This document shows positions 36,740-48,856 of a stretch of DNA of 64,000 nt, one piece after another. The position numbers and the translations under genes were made by a program. Source of the DNA: Macrostomum lignano (taxonomy: Eukaryota); NCBI GenBank assembly GCA_002269645.1, contig NIVC01001480.1, positions 1 to 64,000 of the forward strand, written 5' to 3'. The stretch's first letter is position 1. Each line of letters opens with the position of its first letter. The notes beneath the pieces are model-generated. The model did no database searches. It was not told the origin of the DNA and saw only the letters and a list, made by a program, of their open reading frames with translations.

Positions 36740-38745
36740 AAAAATCTTTTAGCACTGATCAGTTTGTAAATTATTTTGTAGGATCTATCAAATAAAAATC
36801 TTTTAGCACTGATCAGTTTGTAAATAATATTGTAGGATCTATCAAATAAAAAGCTTTTAGCACTGATCAGTTTGTAAATAATATTGTAGGATCTATCAAA
36901 TAAAAAGCTTTTAGCACTGATCAGTTTGTAAATAATATTGTAGGATCTATCAAATAAAAAGCTTTTAGCACTGATCAGTTTGTAAATAATTTTGTAGGAT
37001 CTATCAAATAAAAAGCTTTTAGCACTGATCAGTTTGTAAATAATTTTGTAGGATCTATCAAATAAAAAGCTTTTAGCACTGATCAGTTTGTAAATTATTT
37101 TGTAGGATCTATCAAATAAAAATCTTTTAGCACTGATCAGTTTGTAAATAATATTGTAGGATCTATCAAATAAAAATCTTTTAGCACTGATCAGTTTGTA
37201 AATAATATTGTAGGATCTATCAAATAAAAATCTTTTAGCACTGATCAGTTTGTAAATAATATTGTAGGATCTATCAAATAAAAAGCTTTTAGCACTGATC
37301 AGTTTGTAAATAATATTGTAGGATCTATCAAATAAAAAGCTTTTAGCACTGATCAGTTTGTAAATAATTTTGTAGGATCTATCAAATAAAAAGCTTTTAG
37401 CACTGATCAGTTTGTAAATAATTTTGTAGGATCTATCAAATAAAAATCTTTTAGCACTGATCAGTTTGTAAATAATTTTGTAGGATCTATCAAATAAAAA
37501 GCTTTTAGCACTGATCAGTTTGTAAATTATTTTGTAGGATCTATCAAATAAAAAGCTTTTAGCACTGATCAGTTTGTAAATAATATTGTAGGATCTATCA
37601 AATAAAAATCTTTTAGCACTGATCAGTTTGTAAATAATATTGTAGGATCTATCAAATAAAAAGCTTTTAGCACTGATCAGTTTGTAAATAATATTGTAGG
37701 ATCTATCAAATAAAAAGCTTTTAGCACTGATCAGTTTGTAAATAATTTTGTAGGATCTATCAAATAAAAAGCTTTTAGCACTGATCAGTTTGTAAATAAT
37801 TTTGTAGGATCTATCAAATAAAAATCTTTTAGCACTGATCAGTTTGTAAATAATTTTGTAGGATCTATCAAATAAAAAGCTTTTAGCACTGATCAGTTTG
37901 TAAATAATTTTGTAGGATCTATCAAATAAAAAGCTTTTAGCACTGATCAGTTTGTAAATAATTTTGTAGGATCTATCAAATAAAAAGCTTTTAGCACTGA
38001 TCAGTTTGTAAATAATTTTGTAGGATCTATCAAATAAAAATCTTTTAGCACTGATCAATTTGTAAATAATTTTGTAGGATCTATCAAATAAAAAGCTTTT
38101 AGCACTGATCAGTTTGTAAATAATATTGTAGGATCTATCAAATAAAAAGCTTTTAGCACTGATCAGTTTGTAAATAATTTTGTAGGATCTATCAAATAAA
38201 AATCTTTTAGCACTGATCAGTTTGTAAATAATTTTGTAGGATCTATCAAATAAAAATCTTTTAGCACTGATCAGTTTGTAAATAATATTGTAGGATCTAT
38301 CAAATAAAAGCTTTTAGCACTGATCAATTTGTAAATAATTTTGTAGGATCTATCAAATAAAAATCTTTTAGCACTGATCAGTTTGTAAATAATTTTGTAG
38401 GATCTATCAAATAAAAAGCTTTTAGCACTGATCAGTTTGTAAATAATTTTGTAGGATCTATCAAATAAAAAGCTTTTAGCACTGATCAGTTTGTAAATTA
38501 TTTTGTAGGATCTATCAAATAAAAATCTTTTAGCACTGATCAGTTTGTAAGTAATTTTGTAGGATCTATCAAATAAAAAGCTTTTAGCACTGATCAGTTT
38601 GTAAATAATTTTGTAGGATCTATCAAATAAAAAGCTTTTAGCACTGATCAGTTTGTAAATAATTTTGTAGGATCTATCAAATAAAAAGCTTTTAGCACTG
38701 ATCAGTTGGTAAATAATTTTGTAGGATCTATCAAATAAAAGCTAG
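36740..38745. repeat. 54-bp AT-rich minisatellite, ~37 copies, just upstream of the EXOC2 ATG
   Basis: Period 54 (36841 to 36895); source of the 448-aa IIYKLISAKSFLFDRSYK ORF. Confidence 0.96.
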
Positions 38746-38785
38746 GCAAGGCATAGACCAAAAAAGTTCAGATATTGCAATGAAA

Positions 38786-39050
38786 GCAGGCCATAGTCTA
38801 GTGGTCTAGTGCAGCACTCTGATGTGCCAGCGGCCCAGGCTCGATTCCAAGTGCAGGTACACTAATTTGGGGCTAAATTAGAATCTCAGTTAGGCTCTGC
38901 GCATGCAATTGATGCCTTTGAAGGCCAACCCCCAAGGCACAGTGAAGTGTACATGCCTAACGATAAATATAAGTTAGGGCCGCTGTACACTCCTGTGTGA
39001 GTGTGTGCCTGTGCATTAGTACATATCTGCATACTTGTGTGCCTGCTCAG
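38786..39050 (+). mobile_element. Second SINE-like family, copy A (tRNA-like head plus hairpin body)
   Basis: A-box-like TAGTCTAGTGG, B-box-like GGCTCGATTCC, and a body GCCAACCCCCAAGGCACAG..TGTACATGCCT..TGTACAC..CTGTGTGAG shared with 52045 and 58021. Confidence 0.65.
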
Positions 39051-39269
39051 GAAAGTTGGTAGAATATGAAGCAATGCCTCTTGTCAGTTGTGTGAGAATG
39101 CCACTTAAGTGTAGCAAGGTGCACTCAGCCAACCTACATCTAATAATTCTAATAAAGATTGTTATGCCTTTAATTATGGACCTATTCAATACTAGCAGCA
39201 AAGCTACTTATGCTTTTAAGTATAATATGATAATAAAAGTACAAATAGCTAGTATTATAAATAGGCTAT

Positions 39270-39971
39270 ATAAGTGTCTGCCAACTAGAAGCGCTGTCAT
39301 GCAAAGAGGACCAGAGGTCTGCTGAACTGGCTGAAGTCCCATGGTGGACTTGTGCATGTTTTCTCGGACGAGAAGCTGTTCACCATCGATGCTGTTATCA
39401 ATAGGCAAAATTATTGTTGTATCATATCTGGGCCAATGTCTGAGATCTCAAGCAATGTTTGGGTGATTAAATTTGGGTTGCAGCAGAGGTACCCAAGAGG
39501 TGACTATGTGTTTTAGCAAGATCGCAGTCCAGCTCATACTGCGAGGACAATGCAGGCATTTTTGGTGGACCAACTTGAACAATTTCTGGGATAAAGACAT
39601 CTGGCCTCCCTCATTGCCTGATTTGAACTCCTTAGACTTCTATTTCTAGGCGTGTGTGGATAAGGAGGCTTGCTGAGTTCAACATAGGAGCACAGCAGAT
39701 CTGTGTGCTGCCATCTACAAGGCATGGGAAAAAATCCCAAACCAAGAGGTTGCCAGGGCTATGCAGACTTTTTGGAAGTGCCTTGAGAGAGTTGTGGAAG
39801 CTGGCGGAGGATTTATAGAATAACGCTTTAGTATATATGATAGACTAAAATTAGAGTACATTTTAATGTAATTGTGAGAATTCATTTGGTCACTGTGCAT
39901 CAAAATATATTTTTTTTATAAAAATGTTTTTTTATAAAAAAGGCCTAATGTTTAAATGTGCGCAGCCAGTA
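39270..39971 (+). mobile_element. Degenerate Tc1/mariner DD37D (maT-like) transposase relic with a putative right end
   Basis: Translates VFSDEKLFTIDAVINRQN...VF*QDRSPAHTARTMQAFL...FWDKDIWPPSLPDLNSLDFYF*...AWEKIP...CLERVVEAGGGFIE*. About 37 residues separate the second and third D after one frameshift; stops are present. Ends ...GCGCAGCCAGTA followed by TA. Confidence 0.8.
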
Positions 39972-40064
39972 TATATTAGATTCCCTATTAATATATTGCA
40001 CATTTTAATGTGGAATTCACTGCAGGATTCAATGCAGAATTTTCCACATTAAACTAACCAAAGC

Positions 40065-40225
40065 CAGTGGCGCAGCCAGGGAGGGGGCAGGGGGGCTTGG
40101 TCCCCCCCAAATTTCAAAGAATAAATTGCCCCCCCCTTGAAATTCTTAAGAAAAAAACCTACCCTCTATACCCCTCATCTGGTACTAAATGCCCCCTCCC
40201 AAAAAATTTTCTGGCTATACCACTG
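40065..40225. mobile_element. hAT-type MITE, 161 bp
   Basis: TIRs CAGTGGCGCAGCCAG / CTGGCTATACCACTG (12/15); flanks ACCAAAGC / ATCAAACC (6/8, degenerate 8-bp TSD). Confidence 0.75.
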
Positions 40226-40861
40226 ATCAAACCATTAATGTATATAATCTAAACAAATTTAACCCAATTATTTTTTTACTTTCCCAATTGATATACTAAG
40301 GCCTAACCATTTTCAATGCAAGATTCAATGCAAGATTTCCTGCACTAAACTCAACTTGAGTTCTTAAGCCTATCCAATAGGGATTTCCCACAAAAAACTC
40401 AACTTGAGTTCCTAAAATGATTCAATGCGGAATTTGATGTATTTTTTTTACCACTTGGAACCAAAGTCACACACCAATATACATCTATTTCCTAGTAAAT
40501 TTTTCATTCAGTCTTGATAATAGAATACAAAAATAAAGGTCAAATATGAGCATCAACCAGAAAGATATTAACATTTAAATTTCATAGCTAGCAGAAGCAG
40601 GCTATCCTATGATAAGGATGCCAAAAACTATCAATTTTGTAGAACTACAAGTAGTTTACCAGTTTAAAACCTAGTTTTCCAACTTTTGCTGCTAAACTAC
40701 TCAAAAAAGGTCATTTAGCATTATATATGGTAATTATATGCCCAACCTTAGAATTTCACCTGTCCAGTGCAACTTAGTTTCGTCCAGATTTGTGACTTAG
40801 TTCCCTCGATTGCAACTTATCAAGTTTACAACAATAACATGTAATGTGCATAGGCCTAACA

Positions 40862-41533
40862 CCATAGTCAGGAAGGTGGCAGAGTGTGCGCCGGAACAAA
40901 TTTTGGCCTCTCCCAAAATTGTGCGCCGTGCGCCGACACAAAAACCCTCGTGTGCGCCGTTGTGCGCCCGCCACTACCTGCCTTGCGACAATAAAAGACC
41001 TTTTTTTACAACATAGCAACAATTTTTGTGCGCCAATATACGGGACGGTTACGGGCTATCTATATTATATTATGAGAAATTGAGATCTGAAAATAGAAAT
41101 AGAAATTCGAAAGTAGAAATTTAAAAATTTTTTAATTTAATTTCTAATTTTTAAAACAAAACAAACATAAAAAGTAAGCAAATGGCAAAAACAAAGGTAA
41201 AAAGGAAAAGGAAAATATTTTATTTTATTTTTTTTGGTAGAATGCAGTGTTACATTAGATAGAACAGTGAATAGTGTACTGTAACAAGTAACGACTTACA
41301 TCGTTACATGGGATCGCCACAAGGGTAACGCTGCATGTGGCGCGGCGCCCGCCCCGCCGCGCCGCCATGCGCCGGTGTCCTCTGGTGTGCGCCGTTGTGC
41401 GCCGCTGTGCGCCAGTGCGCCGCTGTGCGCTGTTGTGGCGCGCCGCTGTGCGCCGTTGTGCGCCGTTGTGTGCCCAAAAAGGGCTTGTGTGCGCCGGAAT
41501 TTTCCGACCAAACTGCCACCTTCCTGACTATGG
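40862..41533. mobile_element. Non-autonomous TIR element (MITE), 672 bp, CCATA-terminal
   Basis: Perfect 21-bp TIR CCATAGTCAGGAAGGTGGCAG, perfect 8-bp TSD GCCTAACA, many subterminal GTGCGCC motifs and an AT-rich core. Confidence 0.9.
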
Positions 41534-41894
41534 GCCTAACATAGACTTAATAGTTCACATAGTCAGTTAATCTTCTATTGCACTTTATAAAGCACCTGCA
41601 ATCAGAAATTCAGCTTTAGTCAAACTCTAACAATGTTAAAGCAGGTAGCAATCAAAGAGGATGACTAAAAAATAGTATATAAAAGCCTATAGAAAAAATA
41701 TTAAAAGCACTTATAATTAGAAATGGCAATGGCACTGAAGACTGAAGACTTTTGGAGTTGAAATTGAAGCGTAGAAATAGTTTGTATTACCTACGACGTG
41801 CAATATAACAATACAAAAATAAACCACAACATGAAATCTTAGCTTGTTTATAAAATAGAATGCTAAAAAATTGTTAACAAAATAATTTAGAAGT

Positions 41895-41971
41895 GTAAGA
41901 CCAGACCGAAACCGACCAAAAAACCTGTTTTTGGGGCCAAAACTGGTTTTTCGGTTAACCGGAATTGGCAT
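41895..41971 (-). mobile_element. Solo hAT-like terminus (TAGGGATGCCAATTCCGGTTAACCG on the minus strand)
   Basis: TAGGGATG start plus CCGAAA/AACCG subterminal motifs; no partner end found. Confidence 0.4.
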
Positions 41972-42341
41972 CCCTAGGCTATGACTCCTACGAGTCAAAA
42001 CATCAAATTTTGAGTGTTTCAAACGAAAGATTTAAAGAACCATGTGTTGTGTGTCACTTTGGCTCCGGCCAATTTCGGCGATGGAATTTTCGGCGAGTAC
42101 TACTTTGACAAATTATGTATGGCCATTTCGAGAAGTAAAGTTTTATATGTTGTTCTTTCTTATTTTACTATTTGGGCTACTTCTTATCTAAGTCTTAGTC
42201 ATATAAAATAACAATAAGTCATTTCGACTTCAGGTTCAGCATCCATGACAGCTTTCTAAGAAAAAGTATATTTAAAGAATGGTTAGTGAAACAACATAAA
42301 GCAGTAAAACCACATTTCAGACAGCAAAGTAGTTAAAGGCA

Positions 42342-42769
42342 NNNNNNNNNNNNNNNNNNNNNNNNNNNNNNNNNNNNNNNNNNNNNNNNNNNNNNNNNNN
42401 NNNNNNNNNNNNNNNNNNNNNNNNNNNNNNNNNNNNNNNNNNNNNNNNNNNNNNNNNNNNNNNNNNNNNNNNNNNNNNNNNNNNNNNNNNNNNNNNNNNN
42501 NNNNNNNNNNNNNNNNNNNNNNNNNNNNNNNNNNNNNNNNNNNNNNNNNNNNNNNNNNNNNNNNNNNNNNNNNNNNNNNNNNNNNNNNNNNNNNNNNNNN
42601 NNNNNNNNNNNNNNNNNNNNNNNNNNNNNNNNNNNNNNNNNNNNNNNNNNNNNNNNNNNNNNNNNNNNNNNNNNNNNNNNNNNNNNNNNNNNNNNNNNNN
42701 NNNNNNNNNNNNNNNNNNNNNNNNNNNNNNNNNNNNNNNNNNNNNNNNNNNNNNNNNNNNNNNNNNNNN
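42342..42769. other. Assembly gap (428 N)
   Basis: Run of N. Confidence 1.
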
Positions 42770-45073
42770 TCTCGTTCTACAATCTAAAGTGAAGTCTTTA
42801 CAGTTTATAATGTTAAATAATGCTCAACCAAATCCGTATTCACAACCTTAACCCAACCTCTGTTTTCAACTGTTTAGCAACTTTTTTCTCTTTGTTTTCT
42901 TGCTTATTGGTTGAAAAGTTAATCTTGTATCATTAATAGCATTTGATAATACACTAGTGTGCTTGTGGTGGATTTACTGTTGCGGTTTTCTTTTAATTCA
43001 ATTATTTTAAGTTCTTCTAAATCGTTCTTATTTCACAATCATTTAATCCTGGACATGGTTGGTTGTTGGTTGTGTATATTTGTGCAGAGCTATAGATCGA
43101 GGAACTGAGTCTGGTGGATATCTAATATATCTTACGTATCTAATTCCGAGGGGAAATCAATTAAAATAGTTAAACTAGGCTCATATACATTACCACTGCA
43201 ATACACTAACATATGCTAGGAATGACTTGGGACTTTTAAATCGATTCGTGTCATTTCGTTTTCCCATTCACCTTTTCTTTTTCATGTAATACGAATTGTA
43301 CAGAACAACAAGTGATAGAAAGTGAAAGTGGCACTACATGTAGTCAATCTGTAAGAAGCAATATAAGCTTTATAAAAGCTGAATACAAAGTATAGTGCAA
43401 AGCTACTCGGCATTACCGCGGTCAGCCGACCTCGGCCCGAGGTCGTCGGCCCGAGCTAGAACCGCCGTCAACCCGCGAGCTCGGCCCGATCTCGGCGGGC
43501 CGAGCTCGGGCCGAGCGCGGCTTTGCCACTGGGCGATCGGCCATGCTAAAGTCGACCAGCCGACGTCGGCCCGAACTCGGGAGAACCTCGGGGTGCCGCG
43601 TCGTTAACCAATTGTTGCTTGGGGCAGTGTCCCTTATCATCGGCAGCCCGATTTCGAAAGTTCCGGTTTGGTGAGCCAGAACGCACGGGCTGGTGGCAGC
43701 GGGTTAGTTAATCTGCGGATTAGCTATTCTCTACCTTAGAAATTCTCGCTGCTTAATTGTCTCTCGCTGTCTTCTCCTAGCTATAGGACCTAGACTGCTC
43801 GCCACAGATCAAGCTACCATGGGGCTGACCAATCTGACTGGAGTGGAGGGCCAGGACTCTAATTGATTTATTTCTGAGACCTGGGGCCTGAAGGCTTCCC
43901 TTAAGGAGCCGAAAAGGCCGAAACCCATCATGTATTTACATATTGGAAATTCTGCAATAAATACCACTATACAGTGTTAGCAGCCCATGCCTATGCTTTG
44001 GATCAGACGTGCATGTGCTGATCAATGTGTGGATACAGTTGTAGTTGTGTGAAAATAGCTTATAAGGTTATTGTTTTTATAGTGATTAAGGTTAAATTTC
44101 TTTCATAGTGACGGGTTTTTATGGTTTACAGTACAGCGATTATTATATTTTTGCCGGACTAGAAAATAGCCAAAATTACAAAAAAAATAAAAACAATATT
44201 TTAATTTATTAAATTCATATTTTTTAAGCAATAAATTGTTAAAGCGATTATTTAATATTGTTATACCCAATCTTAGATTGACTTTAAAGTGGAAGAATAA
44301 GTATTTCTTAGAAAAATGACAAGGAATTGTCCGTACCGTACGTTGATGTTAAGTAAAGTGTAAAGTAACGCTTTGGTAGGCAGTTAGTAAGCTCTCTGCT
44401 CTGAGGATGTAGTGGTCACCGGAATTGGATTGTCTGCGTTTTTTAAACTAATACTTCAAAGTGGATTTCAGTCATACTCATACCGAAATGCAACAGTTAT
44501 TGAAACAGAAAGGTTTTCTGCAACGGACTTTTTTATTATTTTTAAGTGACGAACGAAAATTTCAGTTTGGCCAAACTGTAGCTGTAGGCTTAGATTTTAG
44601 TTTGATGTGTCCACTGATGCTCAAGTAAAGTCTTCGAATGTAAAAAATATGTTCATAATTTATTTTAAAAGAATCAAAACCTTTTACTTTGGTTTGTTTG
44701 TTTCATTCTCATTCACTGTTCTTTGACTATGCCTATCTATAACTATAAGCAATGATATATTTAGATCATTTTGCAATTTTTTTAGTGCTTGAAATTCTCA
44801 AGAGCATATTATGAGTATGACCATGGATGGGCTCAGCCTAATTTGTTTTGCATATCAGTTAGTTCTATCACTATCAGAAATCTCAGTATTATTCCTGTTA
44901 TTTTTAATAAATTGGCCTATCTATGTAAGTATTTATTAAGTTATTAATTATAATTTATATGATTTTCTTTGGTATGAAGCCAAAGGGATAAAGGGTTGTC
45001 ATATCTCTAAGTGTGGCATTTTAATTAAAGTACTTATGAGGGTGTGCAGCCATTTTGTCTGCTGGTTTTGTTC

Positions 45074-45245
45074 GTGCTTGGGCGCAACCTAGGGATTCAC
45101 CCGGCCGTTTCTATTGGCAACACACACACGTAAGTCGCTATTGGACAGAATAGTAGTCACGTGACTGCTCTCAGCCAATAGCGACTTACATGTGTGTGTT
45201 GCCAATAGAAACGGCCGGGTGATTCCCAAGGTTGCGCATGTATGG
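45074..45245. mobile_element. Foldback MITE (~172 bp) with a CCATACATGCGCAACC terminus
   Basis: 63-nt arms with 3 mismatches (45082-45144 vs 45175-45237), centred on CACGTG; flanks TTTTGTTC / TTTTGTTT. Confidence 0.8.
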
Positions 45246-45717
45246 TTTTGTTTGCCAGCAGACAAAATGACTTGTTCAACAGAAAAAAATGAAAATTTAG
45301 TTACATAGCTTATAAAGCTAATTTTTCAAATTTAGATATTACAAGTCATGCAAAACCAAAAATAGTTATTATACAATATAATTTTTTGCAGGCGTAATTT
45401 GTTTATTAATTATTGTAATCTTTCTAAGTATTAAAATTTAAATTTCTGTTGAGAAAAAAAAGTTATAAGCTGTGGTTACAAATATTAAAGGTAGGAGTTA
45501 GCAGTTAAATACAATTAGTTGGCTGTTATAAGCCTTATCTAATGATGATAATGTATTTGCTATCCCTGTTGTAATGCTTACTTGTTATAAACAAAAAGTT
45601 ACAATTATAGCCTATAGGTCAATGTTTGGGTCACTTGGAAAAAATCAATTTTTTAGATACATATACACTCATGCTTCTAACATAATGAGTTCTTTATCTT
45701 CACTACCACTATAAGTA

Positions 45718-47260
45718 TGAGGGGTATTGCAATTTCCTATAGGTGCATTTCTCAATGCAATGATAGCAAGGGAAATTTCTAGGTAATATTCTAAAACAAT
45801 TTGTCAAAAACAGTAAAGGAACACATTATTATGCTTTATTAGTGTCAAATGGAACAAAAAGCAACAATTTAAAACATGTCGCAATCAATCAGTGTCCTTT
45901 CACTATAAATCACTGTACCAAAGTTCTAGCTGCCATTGATCCCTACCAATCACTGTCACTGATGTCATTCTTTGTTTGGCCCAGCACTGTTGCGTTCCAT
46001 ATATTCATCATTAAATGCTATACACTTCTGATAGTGTTCAATCAGATTGTTAAACCCAGCCTTCCAGAAGCTGGAGTCCAGCTGGTGCAGCAATGCATTA
46101 GCGGCATCAATAACCTGACGTGTTGTGAAAACTTGCCTACACATCGGCAACTTCATTGGACCAAAGAGATGGAAGTCGGCAATCGCAATGTCGGGACTGT
46201 AGGCTGGGTGACTTAGCTGACAAAAGCCCAGCTCTTCCACCTTGGCAAAAGTGCAAGCAATGGCATGCAGATATGTGTTGTCCCAAAGGATGAATGGCTT
46301 CTGATATATGATTCGGCACTTGGATAGAATGGTAGCACGCAGTTGCTCAAGCTGGTTAATCACATAGTTGGCATTGATTGTCTAGCCCTGGGTAGGTAGT
46401 CAACAAGTAGCACGCCGTGTGCATTGCACCACACTCTGCACATGATGTTCTGGGTCTAGGCTGACTTCATGGCCTTTGTGTGTGGGTGCTATCCCTTTGG
46501 CCCCATTGTATCAAGTGCTGCTTTGTCAGTGGATTAAACATTGGCAGCGGTGTCTCATCCATTGTGATTACAAGCTCCTTGAACTTCTCATCACCAAGCT
46601 CATTCCATATAGCCCAGTTGTCTGCCAAACATTGCACCCATGCTTTTTTGTGTTCTTCTGTCAGCTCTTGTGGCACCCACTTAGCACAAATCTTCAACCA
46701 GCCATGGTGTTGGAGAATGTGACTCACAGACGAGTAGTGAACGCTGCACACACTCTCCACTTCATGCATATGTGCAGATGGGTTTGCCTCCGAATATTAG
46801 AACATGGTAGCCACATTTTTGTCATCTGTGCTGGAACGTGGATAGCCAGAGTGAGCAGCATCAGCAACACTTGTTTGACCATTAGCAGCAAGTCGGTGGT
46901 GGGCAAGCACTTGTGTGTGACCCAACGCATGACCACCAAAAGCAGTGCAAACTTCATTAAAAGTCTGCATTGGTGTCTTACCCATGTGCTGATATGCCAT
47001 AATGAAGTGACGTTGACTTTCTTTTGAACCAAAATCTGAGTGGTTTTTTGGTCGGCTCATTCTCCGAGTGAAATAGTGTAAAATAACATAGACCCTTAGG
47101 CTTAACTTGGCTCTAATGTAGGTGTGTTTATCCTAGTCATGCAAAATTTTAGCCTGCTACTTATTAATAACCAAATAGTTTATGGATGAAAGCTCATCCA
47201 AATCTGATAAGAATTGTGCTTTAGCAAACACTAGTCCAGAAAATTTTGCAACACCCCTTA
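45718..47260 (-). mobile_element. Mariner (DD34D) element, full length but inactivated; transposase relic ~47060-45965
   Basis: TIRs TGAGGGGTATTGCAA / TAAGGGGTGTTGCAA with TA on both sides. Motifs KWVPQEL, ITMDET and WDN-34 aa-D including YSPDIAIAD. Stop at ~46797 and a frameshift at ~46470-46370. Confidence 0.92.
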
Positions 47261-48470
47261 TATTTTTTAGGACATACAGATATTTATTTTCAATATTATA
47301 TATATTTGCATCATACCTTAGTCTTAATATTCTGTGATAGACAAAATGACTGCATTATATTTTGAAGACAAAAAATGGCAAACAAGCAGACAAAACAACC
47401 ATTAACCCTTATAAAGATTCTATTTTATTCACCTACTGATAGTTTGCTAAGTAGACAAAAAGCCTTACTAAAATGATTCATCTGCCTGCTAGGAAATAGA
47501 GGTAGGAATAGAAGTGGGATAGGGAGGCCAAGGGAGCTGCTTAATTCTAGCAAAATTTTGGGATTTTATCCTAGGATTAAAATTTGTTAGAACTTACTAG
47601 GTTTGATAAATGATAGGCCTAGGATTATTGCTAGGATTCAAAATCCTAAGATATAAAAAATTTATGAATCCTAGGATCTCTGCTCTCTATAGCAATCTTT
47701 CTTGTTAGACTCTTAAGTCTTATCTTCTTATATCTAAAGCTGCTCGTAGTTCAATCAACTGATCAACTGGCTGGGTTTAACTTGAATTTATTATTCTCTA
47801 TTTTTATTTTATTTAGCATGAATTTATATTATTTATATACCAAAATCCTTTCCTATACTAATATTATTAATTTATGGAACTTATTTTATTGTTACTTTTG
47901 GAATAAATTGGTGAAATTGAAACAGCGACATGTAGCTATACAAAAGAAAAAATAATCTATAGGTTAATTCAGAACAAAAGAAAGGTAGTGTATTACAATT
48001 TCAACAAGTATAGTTAGCTTATGAAATCATTTGTTATTGATATAAATATTTCTAGCTTATTGTTGTTACTTGTTTGTAATTGTTAAATCTCTACTATAAT
48101 CCTATTATAATTCCTCAGGATCCTAGGATTACAAATACTTAGGACTTACTGGGATAGATAATCCTAAGATTTTCTTTGGCTAGGATATCCCAATCTTAAT
48201 AATCCTGGTGTTGACAGAAGATTATGATTTTGTAATTCTTAAGCTAACCCACTATGTAGCTTTTTGTTAGGTCAATGTCAAATATTTTCCTTTGATTCAA
48301 CAAAGTACTTTGCTGGCTGATCAATGTTAAATTGTTAGTTAAAACCAATACTACTTTGGCATGCATTTGATGTCTATTTAACATTTTTTAAATGTTGCAT
48401 TAGTATATATTTTTGGCTACTCTGAAGTTTGGTATAATATAGAAATCAACTAGTAGAATATGTATTGTTG

Positions 48471-48856
48471 CCATACATGCGCAACCTCCAAAATTCGGTC
48501 GGCCTCACCTCTTCTCTCCTATTTTCTCCCTTATCTACTCCTCTCTTTCCCTTTATTCCCTCTCCTCTCCTAAAACTAATTCGGCGACTTAGTTTTAACA
48601 AAAATGCGACGTAGTTTTTGGCCAAAAAATGCAACTTACATGTTAAAAAACCGGAAAGCAAATAAACGCAACTTTGGGTAAACGGCAGGAGTAACTATGA
48701 GCCTCTTATAAAGCTAAAATGCCTCGTCAGCTACTTAGTACTACTACTTTGTGTTTTTTTTCGGGTGGGCATTTTTGCAACTTACTTGGTTGGCTGCCAA
48801 ATCGGTCGGCCGGATCGGCCGGCTCGGCCGGCTCGGCCGACTTTTGCGCATGTATA
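48471..48856. mobile_element. MITE, ~385 bp, same terminus family as 45074-45245
   Basis: CCATACATGCGCAACCT at the left end, TTGCGCATGTAT at the right, ATTGTTG(C) duplicated on both flanks, TCGGCC subterminal repeats. Confidence 0.78.

Noticed and set aside
43885-43950. Hammerhead/Penelope-like motif CTGAAGGCTTCC..GGAGCCGAAA
   Set aside because: The core lacks the conserved CUGANGA, and stems I and III with a cleavage triplet could not be formed. Similar partial CTGATGA/CTGACGA hits at ~2500, ~17985 and ~19770 also lack GAAA.
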